A stretch of DNA of 26,824 nt from a virus (Duplodnaviria; Caudoviricetes). The first letter of the stretch is position 1. Each line of letters starts with the position of its first letter. Shown here piece after piece: positions 16,224 to 26,823 of the stretch. A model generated the notes under the pieces. The model searched no databases and had not been told where the DNA came from. It saw only the letters and a program-made list of their open reading frames with translations. The stretch is taken from the IMG/VR virus record IMGVR_UViG_3300044676_001274, positions 1 through 26,824 of that record. The stretch is one strand, 5' to 3'. A program made the translations under genes and the position numbers.

Positions 16224-19200
16224 TATACTGCCAGAGCAATCGCACGAAGGTCTTTGAATATCGGAACTGCCGAGGAGTTATTAGACCGCATGACAATCTT
16301 CAGTTGGTACTGAGTAAATGCCTGATCTGTAAATCCTTCAGCTCCACCAATCAAATAACGATAATCGCGGAAGTTGAATCCATCTGGTGCTACAGTGTTT
16401 TCTGCCTCTTGCAACACATAATCATTAGTGAAGATATCCTCACCATCATTAGCGACACGATAGTACAGATCAAAGTCTGCTCCATTAGGTCTTACTGCTG
16501 ATAGTAGAACCTTCAGTCCGATAGCGTCTGCTTCGAGACGAATTACCGAAGTGATATGTTTCGCAAGTGATGATCCACCAAATGATGCAGTCTCATCGGT
16601 GAAGGTCAACGGAACATTGAATCCACTTGCCGCAACGGCCGCCTGATTGTCGATCAAGTTATTGATCGTAGTCACCGAAGCTCTCTGACCGTCAATGATA
16701 GGAGACACATCACTACGGGTTGTATTCATGTCTATCTTGAATGAGGTAGACTTGACTCCAGCACCAAGGTTTGCGGTTTCGTTTGATCTTTTAGCAACAA
16801 GTCGCGGAGCAGAGAAGTAGTTCTCTCCACCCACTACGATCTCAGAACTATAGTCAGCATCCTTTTGATAACGAGTCTGTCCACCAGTGATTGCAGCAAG
16901 AGACTTACCTGTCGTAAACTTAGCTGAGTACGATACAGTAGTATCATCCGGTAACAAAGTCGTGAAGTTCGGAATCATGGCATCAAACTGAATTTGACGA
17001 TCCGCGACAACATTATCACCACCGAATCTACCTGCTGATGTAGAGGCAGAGTCGGCTTCAAATCGCAATCCGAATCCATCAACCTCAGTAACAGTTCGAT
17101 CACCAAGTACACTCGTTCCTAACATACCATTGTAGGTTTCCGCTGAATCAAGTCCTGTAATAGTAACCGTATCACCCACATCATATCCGTGGTTCGGCAT
17201 GATTAGAGTTATGGTCGCATCAGCATTCGAGACATAGAACGGATTTCTACGACAGTCATTCTTTTCAACCGCGCCATTTTCAAATACCGCATAACCACCA
17301 GTAGTGTCAAACTCGGCTTGGAAGATCTGGAATGCAAGATCCTTGGTTTGATCAGGTTCCCAAGTCTTACCGTTTTGAGATTTGAATAGAGATCCCAGAG
17401 ACGGTTGACGAGAGATCCTCTTCTCGGTAGAACCAAGTTCAAACGAATAGGTCTCTGCGACATATGCTTCGTAGTTGTTGCAGTCAGTCAACAAGACAAT
17501 ACAGTAGTCTGTATTGGGGTTCAAGAAGATTGGTTCATCAAACTCAAAGGTAGTCGGTGCAGCAAGTACCGCAGCCTGTGTCTGAGATGCAGGCAAATTC
17601 ACTGAACTAGGATTCAAGAACTTACTTGCATTAGCGATGACTTCAGTTGCTGAAGGCGCACCGTTGACCATGGGTCGAATCTGTAGTTCAACCGGAACAA
17701 TATCATCCTTCTTCTTGAAGTAGGCCTGAACCTTGGTCACATACATACCCGCTGGTTTGGTCACAGTGAATGACTGTGCCAACGGATCACGGTTCTTGAC
17801 CTTGGTAGTTTCTGTCCACCTACGAGTCCTAACTTGAACGACACGAGTCGATGTTACGGTCTTCTGTCTAGTATCCAAAGTGCCTTGTGCAGTATAGTTG
17901 GCAGAAGCACGAGAAATAGACGCCGCATCATTGTCTCGGTTGATATCAAGTAACTTGAATGTACGAGTACCAGCTCGGAATCGTCGTGCAGGCCCTGATG
18001 GGATAAAGAAAGAACCACTGATCTCGCCATTGGCATTTGAGATTAGATCACTCTTACCAGCTGGGTGTTCCAAAGATTTACGGTACTGATTACCCGTATA
18101 ATTCTCTCCACCGACGGTCGTTGCGTAGCGAGTAAATGTTTCTTCGCGACACCACGCACTCACATCCTTACCATCAAAGAATGGGAAGAATTGGGTATTG
18201 GGTTTCAGACCTTCTGCTCTGAATGAAATTACCCTTGAACGAATGAACGGCAAGAATGTCAACGATACGCTCTTATTCCCAACTACTTTGCGAATAGTAC
18301 GATCACCCGTCACGATTTGTTGAGAGAATTTACGAGTAGCATAGGTGTATTCACCTTGTCGTGAGATCGCTACATTTGATTGGTTGATACCATTCGATGT
18401 TCTCTGTTGGTCGTTACCATGCCAGTTCCATGTGCCTGGCGTGCGATATCCACCCCCAGCGTGGGCAAAGTCATCACCCACTTCTGGGTACGCATACGGA
18501 TGATAGGCTCCACCGCCTCCACCAGAACCAATTCCAAAAGATCCTCTCGTCAGCAGGAGAGGATCAAGGCCTACCAAACCACCTTGACCCATCTCATTGC
18601 CGGGGTTTACATCAACGACACCCGCCAATCCAGCCACAGAAAAACTAGGGTTACCAGCGCCTAGTACTGGAACATATGTGCCTTCTGTCCAAACCCATCG
18701 GTTTTCTAACTCTTGGAAACCTCTCCTTGCAGCAGTACCGTCAGAGAGAGTTCCCTCATTCAGATCGGTGAGAGTCTCTGTTTGTGATTTGGAAATGACA
18801 TTTGCAGGCTTGTACTTAGTTTGTATCCATTCATCAGAAGCGGGTGAAAGCGTAATGTTACCCTCACCAGTAATAACTGCGAATGGATTAAGATTCTCTA
18901 CACCAGAGATCTTGTTTTGCTTAATAGCAACTTTATGACCATAGTTAAGGAATACCGTATCGCCCTTCAAAATGGTATTTGAAGACGCATCACTATCATA
19001 CACCAGAGCAACATTATCTTCCCACGTTGGGGTGGACAAGAATCCCTTGGCGGGTTCAATACCTGCACGGTATTCTTTATTTTCTACGTCAGAGAATGCT
19101 CTGTCCTTGAAGTTATCCACAAAGAAACCAGACTTGACACGGTTGTTACCATCAGAGTCCAAAACCAATAAGGTAGATGTCTCAACTTCAAGCAGACTCA

Positions 19201-21610
19201 AAGAGGTTACTTCTTCCAACTTGTCGATACGTTCTTCAAGTTGAGAGATGTCTTTCATCGTATAACGCTTTGCAAGAATAGGAGTCACAACGGTATCTGA
19301 GTCATGAAGACCATATGCGTTGTGTTCTAATTCAAACAATGGTAAGGTGTTTTCGGGTGTAGGCGGAATCTGAGAAGAGAATCCGGGCTGACCCAAAATG
19401 TTCTTTACCTCTCCCGCTTCGTTGATTACAATTTTGTCTGAACGAGGCAGATAATATTCTATATCCCCTTGGAAGATGTCGCCCGTAGTCGGTACTTCAT
19501 TTACAGCAGCACCAGAACCAGAGAATAGACCATCAGAGTCAACCGAAGAACGGAAGTCGATGACATCACGTAGGTTCACAGAAGATCGTGGCCCTGTCTG
19601 GAATGAAGGAATGAATTCATATTCAGTCTGACCCGTGTAGGAGTTTACTGAGAAGTAATCACCAGCACCATGAGTGAAATGCATAAATCTACAGAAGATT
19701 CCGCCAGTAGGAGCTGTTGCATCACCCGATAGGATTAGACGAGCATTATCATAGTACCCGGCTCGTTGACCGTTGTCAACAGTAAACAAGTGAGATAAAT
19801 CCTCACCGTCCGAATCCGTTTGTTTGATAGCAAATACTACTGCAACATCAGTAGCGTGTAGATCCACAAACTTGGTGCCAGATCCGTCTGATTCTACACC
19901 AGTGTTGTTATACGTGGTCTCGACCAAGGTCTTCTGTCGAACAGAAGGAGATGCTTTGTTTACTTTGGCGTAGACCGTAACGGCGCTGCTGGTGGGAAGA
20001 CCTGATATTGTGGTAGAAGCCGTACCTGCTCCACTCGGAGATCCCGCACTAACCACATCACCAGAAGAGTCTACCGTGACCATCCATTGACTAGTATTAG
20101 AAAAAGTCTCACCAGAGGTAGACAGAGAAAGTGTCAGACTACCAGAACCATTGGTGGTTCCGGTGAAAAGACGTTGAACCTCAAAGTCTACATCGGTGAT
20201 AGATCGGGGTCTAGACCTAGGCAAAGGATATACTAGATTGTTCTTACCAGCCTCTTTGATTACCGCCTTACCTGATTCTAAGATTGGGTTGGCAAAGTCG
20301 GCCGTACCAGTACCTAGAGATTTTACATTACGAAATACCTGACCAGAATTCATCCTAATGTCGAAGATGTATACACGGAAGTTTGCTCCGTCTTCTTCGA
20401 CGTAACGCACCCTTGCAGTACCAATGGTAGAACCGCCATGATTTACCGCGTCACGAAGATTGAGCGTCTCAAAAGTGCTTACATCCAACTTACCTTCCAA
20501 CGTACCACAAATGAGATACTGACCATAGGTAATACCAGCAACCTCGTTTTCAATAGTGGTCGTGGTTCGTGGTTTCGCAATAACAAGAGCGGTTGGTTGT
20601 TCAGCGTGCGCTCGATACCCGTTGATATAGGCAACACCGTCCGATACATTGGCTTGCATATTAGTGTCAGAGTCAACAAGATTCACAGTAAAGTCTTGTG
20701 CAATATAGTTACCGGACTCTTCAAACGTCCTTCGCGCTACTAACTCATTGGGCGCGCTATAATCATCGAAACCCGTTACTTGATCAACAATATTACCTTC
20801 TACAACATCACAGTAATATAGAAAGTTATCGTCCCCAGTGATAAGATCTTCGGTTGTCAATTCCAGTCTGATGCGATAACGGTCTGCGCCAGGCGAAGAT
20901 AAGTTGGGGGTTGCCCCTTGATTGTCGTACAGTGCTTGATCGTCTGATACCGTGACAATGTCTTCCGTTGTTTTGAAACCAACAACAGCAGTGGGAAACC
21001 TAGTATACTTTGAAAGAATCAATCCCTGTGGCGGAGAAAACACAAAGTGGCCACGAGTGAAGAAATCACCAGCGGCACTACTGATTTTACATCCTTGTCC
21101 AATCGCGGGGTTTGCAACAGTGTTTGTTGATTGTACGGTAAGAGTCACCGTACCGTTTGAGATGTCCTCACCCGCACTCATACGAATTGGAGTACTGCCT
21201 AGAGTACCACTGGAAGTATTCGTGTATTGTACGTACAGAGTGGCTGGATCACTACCTTCAGCAGCGACCACTTCGATAACTCGAGCCTTGATCGCAGAAG
21301 ACTGTCCAGTAAACTCTGTATTCAGTAACGTATCAGTATCATCAGGTAATACATTAGTTGCGGTGTTTAGTTTGATAAACTCGTAGTCGCTAGTAATGCT
21401 AGGCCCGCCTGGATTTACCGCAGCACCTTCGGTGAAGATATTTCGTCCAAATCTTGCAATCTCTTCTTGGATGATTGTTTGTAACTGAGTAAGTTCTCGT
21501 GCTTGTAGAGCACGACCACTATTAAACAGTATTCGATGATAGTTGTCACTATCAACAAAATCATCCTTATATGTGGACGAGAATACGTTAGAAGTAAATG
21601 TATTTGGCAT
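16223..21610 (-). CDS. Large baseplate-associated structural protein, VrlC / DUF4815-like
   Basis: 1795 aa; YKDDF...YHRILFNSGRALQARELTQLQTIIQ, PGADRY, ARRTFEESGNY, KRYTMKDI..LEERI..LE..TSLSLLE, KSGFFVDNF, DPLAQSF, GSLFKSQNG.TW, ends DLRAIALAV. Confidence 0.85.
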   Translation of the reverse strand: MPNTFTSNVFSSTYKDDFVDSDNYHRILFNSGRALQARELTQLQTIIQEEIARFGRNIFTEGAAVNPGGPSITSDYEFIKLNTATNVLPDDTDTLLNTEFTGQSSAIKARVIEVVAAEGSDPATLYVQYTNTSSGTLGSTPIRMSAGEDISNGTVTLTVQSTNTVANPAIGQGCKISSAAGDFFTRGHFVFSPPQGLILSKYTRFPTAVVGFKTTEDIVTVSDDQALYDNQGATPNLSSPGADRYRIRLELTTEDLITGDDNFLYYCDVVEGNIVDQVTGFDDYSAPNELVARRTFEESGNYIAQDFTVNLVDSDTNMQANVSDGVAYINGYRAHAEQPTALVIAKPRTTTTIENEVAGITYGQYLICGTLEGKLDVSTFETLNLRDAVNHGGSTIGTARVRYVEEDGANFRVYIFDIRMNSGQVFRNVKSLGTGTADFANPILESGKAVIKEAGKNNLVYPLPRSRPRSITDVDFEVQRLFTGTTNGSGSLTLSLSTSGETFSNTSQWMVTVDSSGDVVSAGSPSGAGTASTTISGLPTSSAVTVYAKVNKASPSVRQKTLVETTYNNTGVESDGSGTKFVDLHATDVAVVFAIKQTDSDGEDLSHLFTVDNGQRAGYYDNARLILSGDATAPTGGIFCRFMHFTHGAGDYFSVNSYTGQTEYEFIPSFQTGPRSSVNLRDVIDFRSSVDSDGLFSGSGAAVNEVPTTGDIFQGDIEYYLPRSDKIVINEAGEVKNILGQPGFSSQIPPTPENTLPLFELEHNAYGLHDSDTVVTPILAKRYTMKDISQLEERIDKLEEVTSLSLLEVETSTLLVLDSDGNNRVKSGFFVDNFKDRAFSDVENKEYRAGIEPAKGFLSTPTWEDNVALVYDSDASSNTILKGDTVFLNYGHKVAIKQNKISGVENLNPFAVITGEGNITLSPASDEWIQTKYKPANVISKSQTETLTDLNEGTLSDGTAARRGFQELENRWVWTEGTYVPVLGAGNPSFSVAGLAGVVDVNPGNEMGQGGLVGLDPLLLTRGSFGIGSGGGGGAYHPYAYPEVGDDFAHAGGGYRTPGTWNWHGNDQQRTSNGINQSNVAISRQGEYTYATRKFSQQIVTGDRTIRKVVGNKSVSLTFLPFIRSRVISFRAEGLKPNTQFFPFFDGKDVSAWCREETFTRYATTVGGENYTGNQYRKSLEHPAGKSDLISNANGEISGSFFIPSGPARRFRAGTRTFKLLDINRDNDAASISRASANYTAQGTLDTRQKTVTSTRVVQVRTRRWTETTKVKNRDPLAQSFTVTKPAGMYVTKVQAYFKKKDDIVPVELQIRPMVNGAPSATEVIANASKFLNPSSVNLPASQTQAAVLAAPTTFEFDEPIFLNPNTDYCIVLLTDCNNYEAYVAETYSFELGSTEKRISRQPSLGSLFKSQNGKTWEPDQTKDLAFQIFQAEFDTTGGYAVFENGAVEKNDCRRNPFYVSNADATITLIMPNHGYDVGDTVTITGLDSAETYNGMLGTSVLGDRTVTEVDGFGLRFEADSASTSAGRFGGDNVVADRQIQFDAMIPNFTTLLPDDTTVSYSAKFTTGKSLAAITGGQTRYQKDADYSSEIVVGGENYFSAPRLVAKRSNETANLGAGVKSTSFKIDMNTTRSDVSPIIDGQRASVTTINNLIDNQAAVAASGFNVPLTFTDETASFGGSSLAKHITSVIRLEADAIGLKVLLSAVRPNGADFDLYYRVANDGEDIFTNDYVLQEAENTVAPDGFNFRDYRYLIGGAEGFTDQAFTQYQLKIVMRSNNSSAVPIFKDLRAIALAV

Positions 21611-21622
21611 CTCTATACCTTA

Positions 21623-22981
21623 TTAGATTTGTATTACGATTTTAATATCTTCAGTCTGGTCAGCTGAACGAGTTACCGCAGCGCGGTTGTCAACGTACAG
21701 AAGTTGACCAGAAAACGGATCAATTTCAGGTTTTATAAATGGAGCGAAAGATGCATCTAATACACCGGCTCCATTTCCATCAGTTTCAGTAATATTTTCA
21801 CCAGAGTCAAAGTTTCCAAATCCGGTCGCTTCTGTCTGGTGATAGAAAATGCTATCTGAATCAACTTTATCTATCAGTGCCTCAACACCAGACGTAGAAC
21901 CCTGAATGGTGTTATCCGCAGTGAATCCGGTTGTTATGCTAGAAAGTCTTAGTTCTTTTAACATACCACCGTTTGCTTCGGTAAAGGCTGTTCCGTCAGC
22001 GGAGTCTTTAAGTTCTTTCATAAGACCCACTTGACGGAAGTCGTTGCCGATGATAAAGTCACCGTCAACAGTACCCTCTGGTTTCACGTTGAACATGACG
22101 GCGGTAGAACGAAGATCGTCTCTGGGATCTCCACCCAGACCTAAAACAGAACCAAAGATAGCACGAACCTTTGCAGGTTTAGTCGGAGAACCACCACCAG
22201 TCACCGATACATCGGCAAACTGATACCCAGAACCAAGTGTATAGTTACCAGAACTATCGATGAGTTCTACCTTGGTCACCTGTCCACCAGAGATCGTGGC
22301 TCCTGCCTTTGCTTTCGTACCGTCTCCTCGTACCGTGATGGTAGGAGTAGACGTATACCCAGCACCACCGGAATCTACAGCGTAGCCTATGATCTGTCCC
22401 GCGATTGCAGCATTCTGTACTGCAAGTTGTTCTACGTCAGGAGCAGGAGAATCTGGGTTAGTCGCTCCCTGTAGTTTAACGGGAATGTAATTGGCTGAGA
22501 TAAATTTAGTTGCGTCCAATGCACTGATAGAATATAAGAACTTCCAGATATAACCATCAGCAGTATCAAACGGAGTACCTGTAGTATTACCACTTGGTTG
22601 TACTGTAGATACTTGTGCTTGACCAGAAGCATTCTTTGATTGTTGAATGCATATGTAAACTTGGTTGTTGTCATTCATAACATAATATGATTGTGTAGGA
22701 TAACCACCACTGGCATCATCATATGCTGAATAGACTGCACCGGATGACCAGTTGTAACGTGGCACAACAAAGGATAGGTCAATAATATTCTTTGCAGACT
22801 GAGCAGACAGTCGGAAATTTCTAGATTCTCTCAGACTATTAATTGCCGAAGGCGCAATATCAGAATCATTCCAATCCTCAGAACGTCCGATTGCTGCATA
22901 GTAATACGTATCAGCACTATCAAAGTCTGTCTTAATATCACTAATGACCTGTTTTTTTAATCTGTTAGTTACAATCGCCAT
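21623..22981 (-). CDS. gp8: Baseplate wedge subunit gp8
   Basis: 452 aa; YYAAIGRSEDW, VVPRYNW..G.VY..YDD, YYVMND..QVYICI, TADGYIWKFLY, NDFRQVGL, SGQLLYVDNR..VTRS.DQTEDIKIVIQI. Confidence 0.9.
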   Translation of the reverse strand: MAIVTNRLKKQVISDIKTDFDSADTYYYAAIGRSEDWNDSDIAPSAINSLRESRNFRLSAQSAKNIIDLSFVVPRYNWSSGAVYSAYDDASGGYPTQSYYVMNDNNQVYICIQQSKNASGQAQVSTVQPSGNTTGTPFDTADGYIWKFLYSISALDATKFISANYIPVKLQGATNPDSPAPDVEQLAVQNAAIAGQIIGYAVDSGGAGYTSTPTITVRGDGTKAKAGATISGGQVTKVELIDSSGNYTLGSGYQFADVSVTGGGSPTKPAKVRAIFGSVLGLGGDPRDDLRSTAVMFNVKPEGTVDGDFIIGNDFRQVGLMKELKDSADGTAFTEANGGMLKELRLSSITTGFTADNTIQGSTSGVEALIDKVDSDSIFYHQTEATGFGNFDSGENITETDGNGAGVLDASFAPFIKPEIDPFSGQLLYVDNRAAVTRSADQTEDIKIVIQI

Positions 22982-22985
22982 TTTG

Positions 22986-24017
22986 TTACCCTGTTACTGT
23001 GCCGTTGTTAGACACAAAGAACCATTTACTTTTTGTGTTATTCCAAACGAGTTGACACCCATCACCTTCATCAAATGCGACAAATCCATTACCGGAATCA
23101 ACACCGAAAATGTTTGAAGTGCCACCAGCTGGAGTCAGTCGTACTTCACCAGCACCGACATTCGATAGGACTTGCATCTCTCCTTGGATAGTTCCATCTC
23201 CGATAGTCGGACTAATCAAACTACCAGAGTTAAATATCGTCAAAGGTTCGGTCAAGTCAATCGCAGTAGTGGAAGAAACGTCTGTTCCCTTTTCAAGAAC
23301 AAGTTTGTTTACGATCTCAACACCACCAGTTCCCTTAGCACCAAGCTTGAGACTGATGTTTGTGTCATCACCTTCAACATCAATTGCAGCACCATCACCC
23401 GTTGCGGCATTAGTGATCGTTATAAAGTTTACCGCACTCGAAACATTTACAAACTTGAGATACTCCTCACCAGCACTGTCAAGTATAAATGAACCATTAC
23501 TGATACCACCGAAGGTTGGATTTGATACAGTCAATCCATCAATGGTCTTGTTAGTAAGAGTTTGTGTTGCATCGGCAAACACAAAGGTGTCATCAGATGA
23601 CAGTGTGGGAATCGCAATGTCACGATTGGCCGACAAGTTGCCTACGGTAATGTTGTAGGTGTGACTTGAATCATTGTCCTTGATAGACGGAGTGGTTAGA
23701 GTAGGACTTAGGATAGTTTTATTGGTCAGCGTTTGTTGACACGAATCCAAGATCAGAGTACCACCATCGTCAGGAACATAGACAATGTTATCTTGAGTCG
23801 GTTCGGCGGCAACCAACGTAGTTTCAAAGTCATCCGCTGTTTGACCTTCAAACACGACACCAAGATCGGTCAAAGTTACTGTCGCAGAGGCTGAATCACC
23901 ACCAATAGACAAATAGAGTTCTGTGAAGTTCTCATTAATCTTCTGGGCAGCAGTACGCAGGGTATCCCCTGTACCATCATTCGCTGTTGTTCCACGATTT
24001 ATAGTTTGTCGTGCCAT
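22986..24017 (-). CDS. Baseplate wedge / tail-fibre connector with gp9/gp10-type N-terminus
   Basis: 343 aa; MARQTINRGTTANDGTGDTLRTAAQKINENFTELY matches the T4 gp9/gp10 N-terminal motif; QTLTNKTI repeats. Confidence 0.75.
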   Translation of the reverse strand: MARQTINRGTTANDGTGDTLRTAAQKINENFTELYLSIGGDSASATVTLTDLGVVFEGQTADDFETTLVAAEPTQDNIVYVPDDGGTLILDSCQQTLTNKTILSPTLTTPSIKDNDSSHTYNITVGNLSANRDIAIPTLSSDDTFVFADATQTLTNKTIDGLTVSNPTFGGISNGSFILDSAGEEYLKFVNVSSAVNFITITNAATGDGAAIDVEGDDTNISLKLGAKGTGGVEIVNKLVLEKGTDVSSTTAIDLTEPLTIFNSGSLISPTIGDGTIQGEMQVLSNVGAGEVRLTPAGGTSNIFGVDSGNGFVAFDEGDGCQLVWNNTKSKWFFVSNNGTVTG

Positions 24018-24039
24018 TTTTTAATCCGTCTGTTTTATC

Positions 24040-24047
24040 TATTTATA
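24040..24047 (-). promoter_or_regulatory. T4-type late promoter TATAAATA
   Basis: Plus strand tatttata at 24040-24047, intergenic, 23 nt upstream of the 24017 start; same CTTATAAATA context as the 8171 site. Confidence 0.88.
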
Positions 24048-24058
24048 AGTGTTATTGA

Positions 24059-25060
24059 CTAAAGTGTAAAACTTTTCATGTACTGATCCGAATCACCACT
24101 GTACCAACGGTGTCTCTCTTGATCCATCGTTTCAAAGAAGAAGTTGTTACTCATATCCATACCATTCGTCTCAAACTCATCCGAATCATCGAATGTGGGT
24201 GACGAAGCAGTCTGAGCTTCACGCAACGATGAATACTGATTCTCTATAGTCTGAAGATCCAGTAGAGAGAAGTTTCTCATGTCGGTTAGTACTGGGTTGA
24301 TTCTAAACAACACGCCATCCGAATCTGTATGTATATCGTCCACTAGTGCTGTAAGATCCGTCGATGCGAAGTCTCCAAATGATGCGGTATCTTCCACCAC
24401 GAAAGGTGGTACAGGAGCTTCGATTACTTGAGGTGCGGTCAGAGTGTCTGTTACCTGAGATACAATCTGTACCTGACTGCCAATGAACATTCCGGCTGGA
24501 TGAACAAAGAGTTTGTAGGGTTCTTTCCACTCATTAAACGCGAGTTCCGACTTGACAAGGATAGCAAAAGTTTGATATAATTTATTGTCAGTAATGAACT
24601 TCTGTGACTCGAACCCAACCTTAGAAGCTTCCTCTCCAACTTTGAATACTTGTTCTTTAGTATAAATCACTTCGGGGTCAATACTAAAGAAAGTTCGGAA
24701 GAACTGTTGAATAGAGAACTTGGTTCCCTTAGAACGATACAAAGTGTTCGAGAATTTTGCTGCAGCTCGTTTGTCTGCAAAGCCCTCAAAGTAAGACTGT
24801 CCCAGAAGTAACTCGTCCTCAATATAGGAGAGTAACTGAATGTCCGCTTGAGTGACATCACGGTTGTAAAATAGTTCATTCACAAGCCTGGAGGGAGCAT
24901 CATCTCCATCCTCAAAATGATAATACTCTTCTAGAAGTGTGATAAGTTTCGGATACGTGCCTGCGAAAAACTCAGGGAGAACCTCATCGACATAGTATTT
25001 CGGAAAGGCAATATCTCTCCGATTCAGATCCTTCAGTGTATCATCAGTTTTGTGTGACAT
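24059..25060 (-). CDS. Short gp7-like baseplate wedge protein
   Basis: 333 aa; LPEFF...YPKLITLLEEYY, LYRSKGT..S...FFR..F and VHPAG motifs; directly follows gp6 (TAATG overlap). Confidence 0.7.
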   Translation of the reverse strand: MSHKTDDTLKDLNRRDIAFPKYYVDEVLPEFFAGTYPKLITLLEEYYHFEDGDDAPSRLVNELFYNRDVTQADIQLLSYIEDELLLGQSYFEGFADKRAAAKFSNTLYRSKGTKFSIQQFFRTFFSIDPEVIYTKEQVFKVGEEASKVGFESQKFITDNKLYQTFAILVKSELAFNEWKEPYKLFVHPAGMFIGSQVQIVSQVTDTLTAPQVIEAPVPPFVVEDTASFGDFASTDLTALVDDIHTDSDGVLFRINPVLTDMRNFSLLDLQTIENQYSSLREAQTASSPTFDDSDEFETNGMDMSNNFFFETMDQERHRWYSGDSDQYMKSFTL

Positions 25061-26823
25061 TAGTTAGTAACCCCAGGCTCCACTTCTACGATACGAGAGA
25101 AGGACTGACCAGCATCAAACTCTAGAACATCGTTTCTCAAAGGAGTCAGTGCACTCTGATTCGATGGAGTGACTGATACCTTGATGAACTGATCAGCACC
25201 CACAAAGTTATCAACACGTAACCCCACGATTTTTACTGTGTCGCCAGTGTAGTCGCCCACGTTATCCACAATCACTTCACGATCATCTTGGTTGAAGACT
25301 TCTAACTTATTGGTGTTTAGTTTGTTTCTCAAGACACAAGTCTTGTTCTGGAAGGTGAAAGCTGTTGATGTAATCGTGTGGTTAACATCATCCGGTATAG
25401 CAATACCCGCAGCATACCTCAACGTATGATCTTGTTTCAAAGTCAAGGTTGGAGTGAATCGTCTCTGCATACGAACAGTAGCACGAGATGATAGGATAGC
25501 AGGACTCACATTGTCTATCAGAGTCAACAGATTTGATCGCCGGAAAGACTGGTTGAACTTGCCAGTATTGGTATCAAAATATTCTGTGATCGCGGTTGTC
25601 ACGCTGTCCTGAATTGTATTGCGAGACAGGGTCGTGAGGTTCGGGTTGAACTGGAAGAATAACTCAGTCTCAACAAATGTTTTAACCGGATCATCAAACT
25701 GTACATTGAATGATGCTACAGACAGTTGTTCCGCAAGGTCAAGGATAGAATCCTTTGTTGTCTGTATCGTTTCGGCCGAAACATCAGAGTTGAATAGGAT
25801 AGACATGAACACAGTACCAAAGACTGGGTTAATTGCTTCCTCACCACCAAAAGAGGTGATATCCTTAATCAAGGTAGAATAGTTTCTTAGTACCAAAGAG
25901 GTATAATCTACCGCCGTCACCATTCGATTCTGAGATGCGTACTGGAAGGGAGCATTTTGTCGAATAGATTCAATAGTTTCTTTATCACCACCACCCACAG
26001 AATTTGAGACCGTGGTGATCGATGCGTTGTATCCTGTTCCACCAATAGTGATTGCGGATTGTGGTTCAAAGGTTTTTGCGGTATCTGCCACTGCGCCAGC
26101 TGCGGCTAGATAGGTTACGGTCACCTTGTTACCTGCCGCCGGAGCTTTACCCAGAGTCGTACCATTACCGAAAGACAACTCAAAGAATCCATTTGGGGAC
26201 TCTTTCAAAATGAATAACGTAGATGCCTCACTGATAGTGGTTGCTTCAAGGATGTTGGTATATGTACTGAATTGAGAAGAAGACGGTGTCTCATATACCC
26301 GCACTTCCGCAGTATCAATATCAATCTCAGTATCAGGAATGATATAAATCGGATTCTCCGATTGTCCATCCACAAGGAAAGTCTTGACTCTTCGAGTGCC
26401 CTCATAAACTTTGATATTCTGACTACCAGAAGCATCTGTGAAAATATACAGACCCTCTCCATTATCAGTGGCGCTGAGGTCTTCTATCGTTTGGAATACG
26501 TATTCGGTTTCGTCTACTGTCGCGTTGAACTTATATCCATCGTCCAGTTGTACAGTATTGGGACGATCAGACACACCGCTCAGGTTAAGTGACATCTTAA
26601 TGATTGCCTGTGATGAGGTCTTTGAATCAGGGACGTAACCGATTCCCTCAGCCAGAGAAATGATAGAACTACGTAGTTGTGCTGTTCCAAGGAAAGACTC
26701 GTTCAGGGCAAAGTTGGCAGTCAAGCCATTGTAGTGCGTATTGTATGCAAGAACATCTAAGATATTAGATAGACCAGACGCCTCAAAGTTATAGTCCTGA
26801 AACTCTTCTTTGTCAGCAAGGAA
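25060..26823 (-). CDS. gp6: Baseplate wedge subunit gp6 (5' end outside window)
   Basis: The frame stays open beyond the called 26724 start: FLADKEEFQDYNFEASGLSNILDVLAYNTHYNGLTANF, the gp6 N-terminal motif. Also GGGDKETIESIR..AP..YASQNRMVTAVDY. Confidence 0.93.
   Translation of the reverse strand, partial: FLADKEEFQDYNFEASGLSNILDVLAYNTHYNGLTANFALNESFLGTAQLRSSIISLAEGIGYVPDSKTSSQAIIKMSLNLSGVSDRPNTVQLDDGYKFNATVDETEYVFQTIEDLSATDNGEGLYIFTDASGSQNIKVYEGTRRVKTFLVDGQSENPIYIIPDTEIDIDTAEVRVYETPSSSQFSTYTNILEATTISEASTLFILKESPNGFFELSFGNGTTLGKAPAAGNKVTVTYLAAAGAVADTAKTFEPQSAITIGGTGYNASITTVSNSVGGGDKETIESIRQNAPFQYASQNRMVTAVDYTSLVLRNYSTLIKDITSFGGEEAINPVFGTVFMSILFNSDVSAETIQTTKDSILDLAEQLSVASFNVQFDDPVKTFVETELFFQFNPNLTTLSRNTIQDSVTTAITEYFDTNTGKFNQSFRRSNLLTLIDNVSPAILSSRATVRMQRRFTPTLTLKQDHTLRYAAGIAIPDDVNHTITSTAFTFQNKTCVLRNKLNTNKLEVFNQDDREVIVDNVGDYTGDTVKIVGLRVDNFVGADQFIKVSVTPSNQSALTPLRNDVLEFDAGQSFSRIVEVEPGVTN

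Noticed and set aside
14578-16257. Long plus-strand ORFs (140, 155, 149, 226 aa) and similar ones at 20952-21386 and 23110-23658
   Set aside because: They are antisense shadows of repetitive minus-strand structural genes, with S/V/A-rich translations and no recognisable motifs.
26722-26724. Called start of the 554-aa gp6 ORF
   Set aside because: It is an internal TTG. The frame continues to the window edge with the conserved gp6 N-terminal motif.
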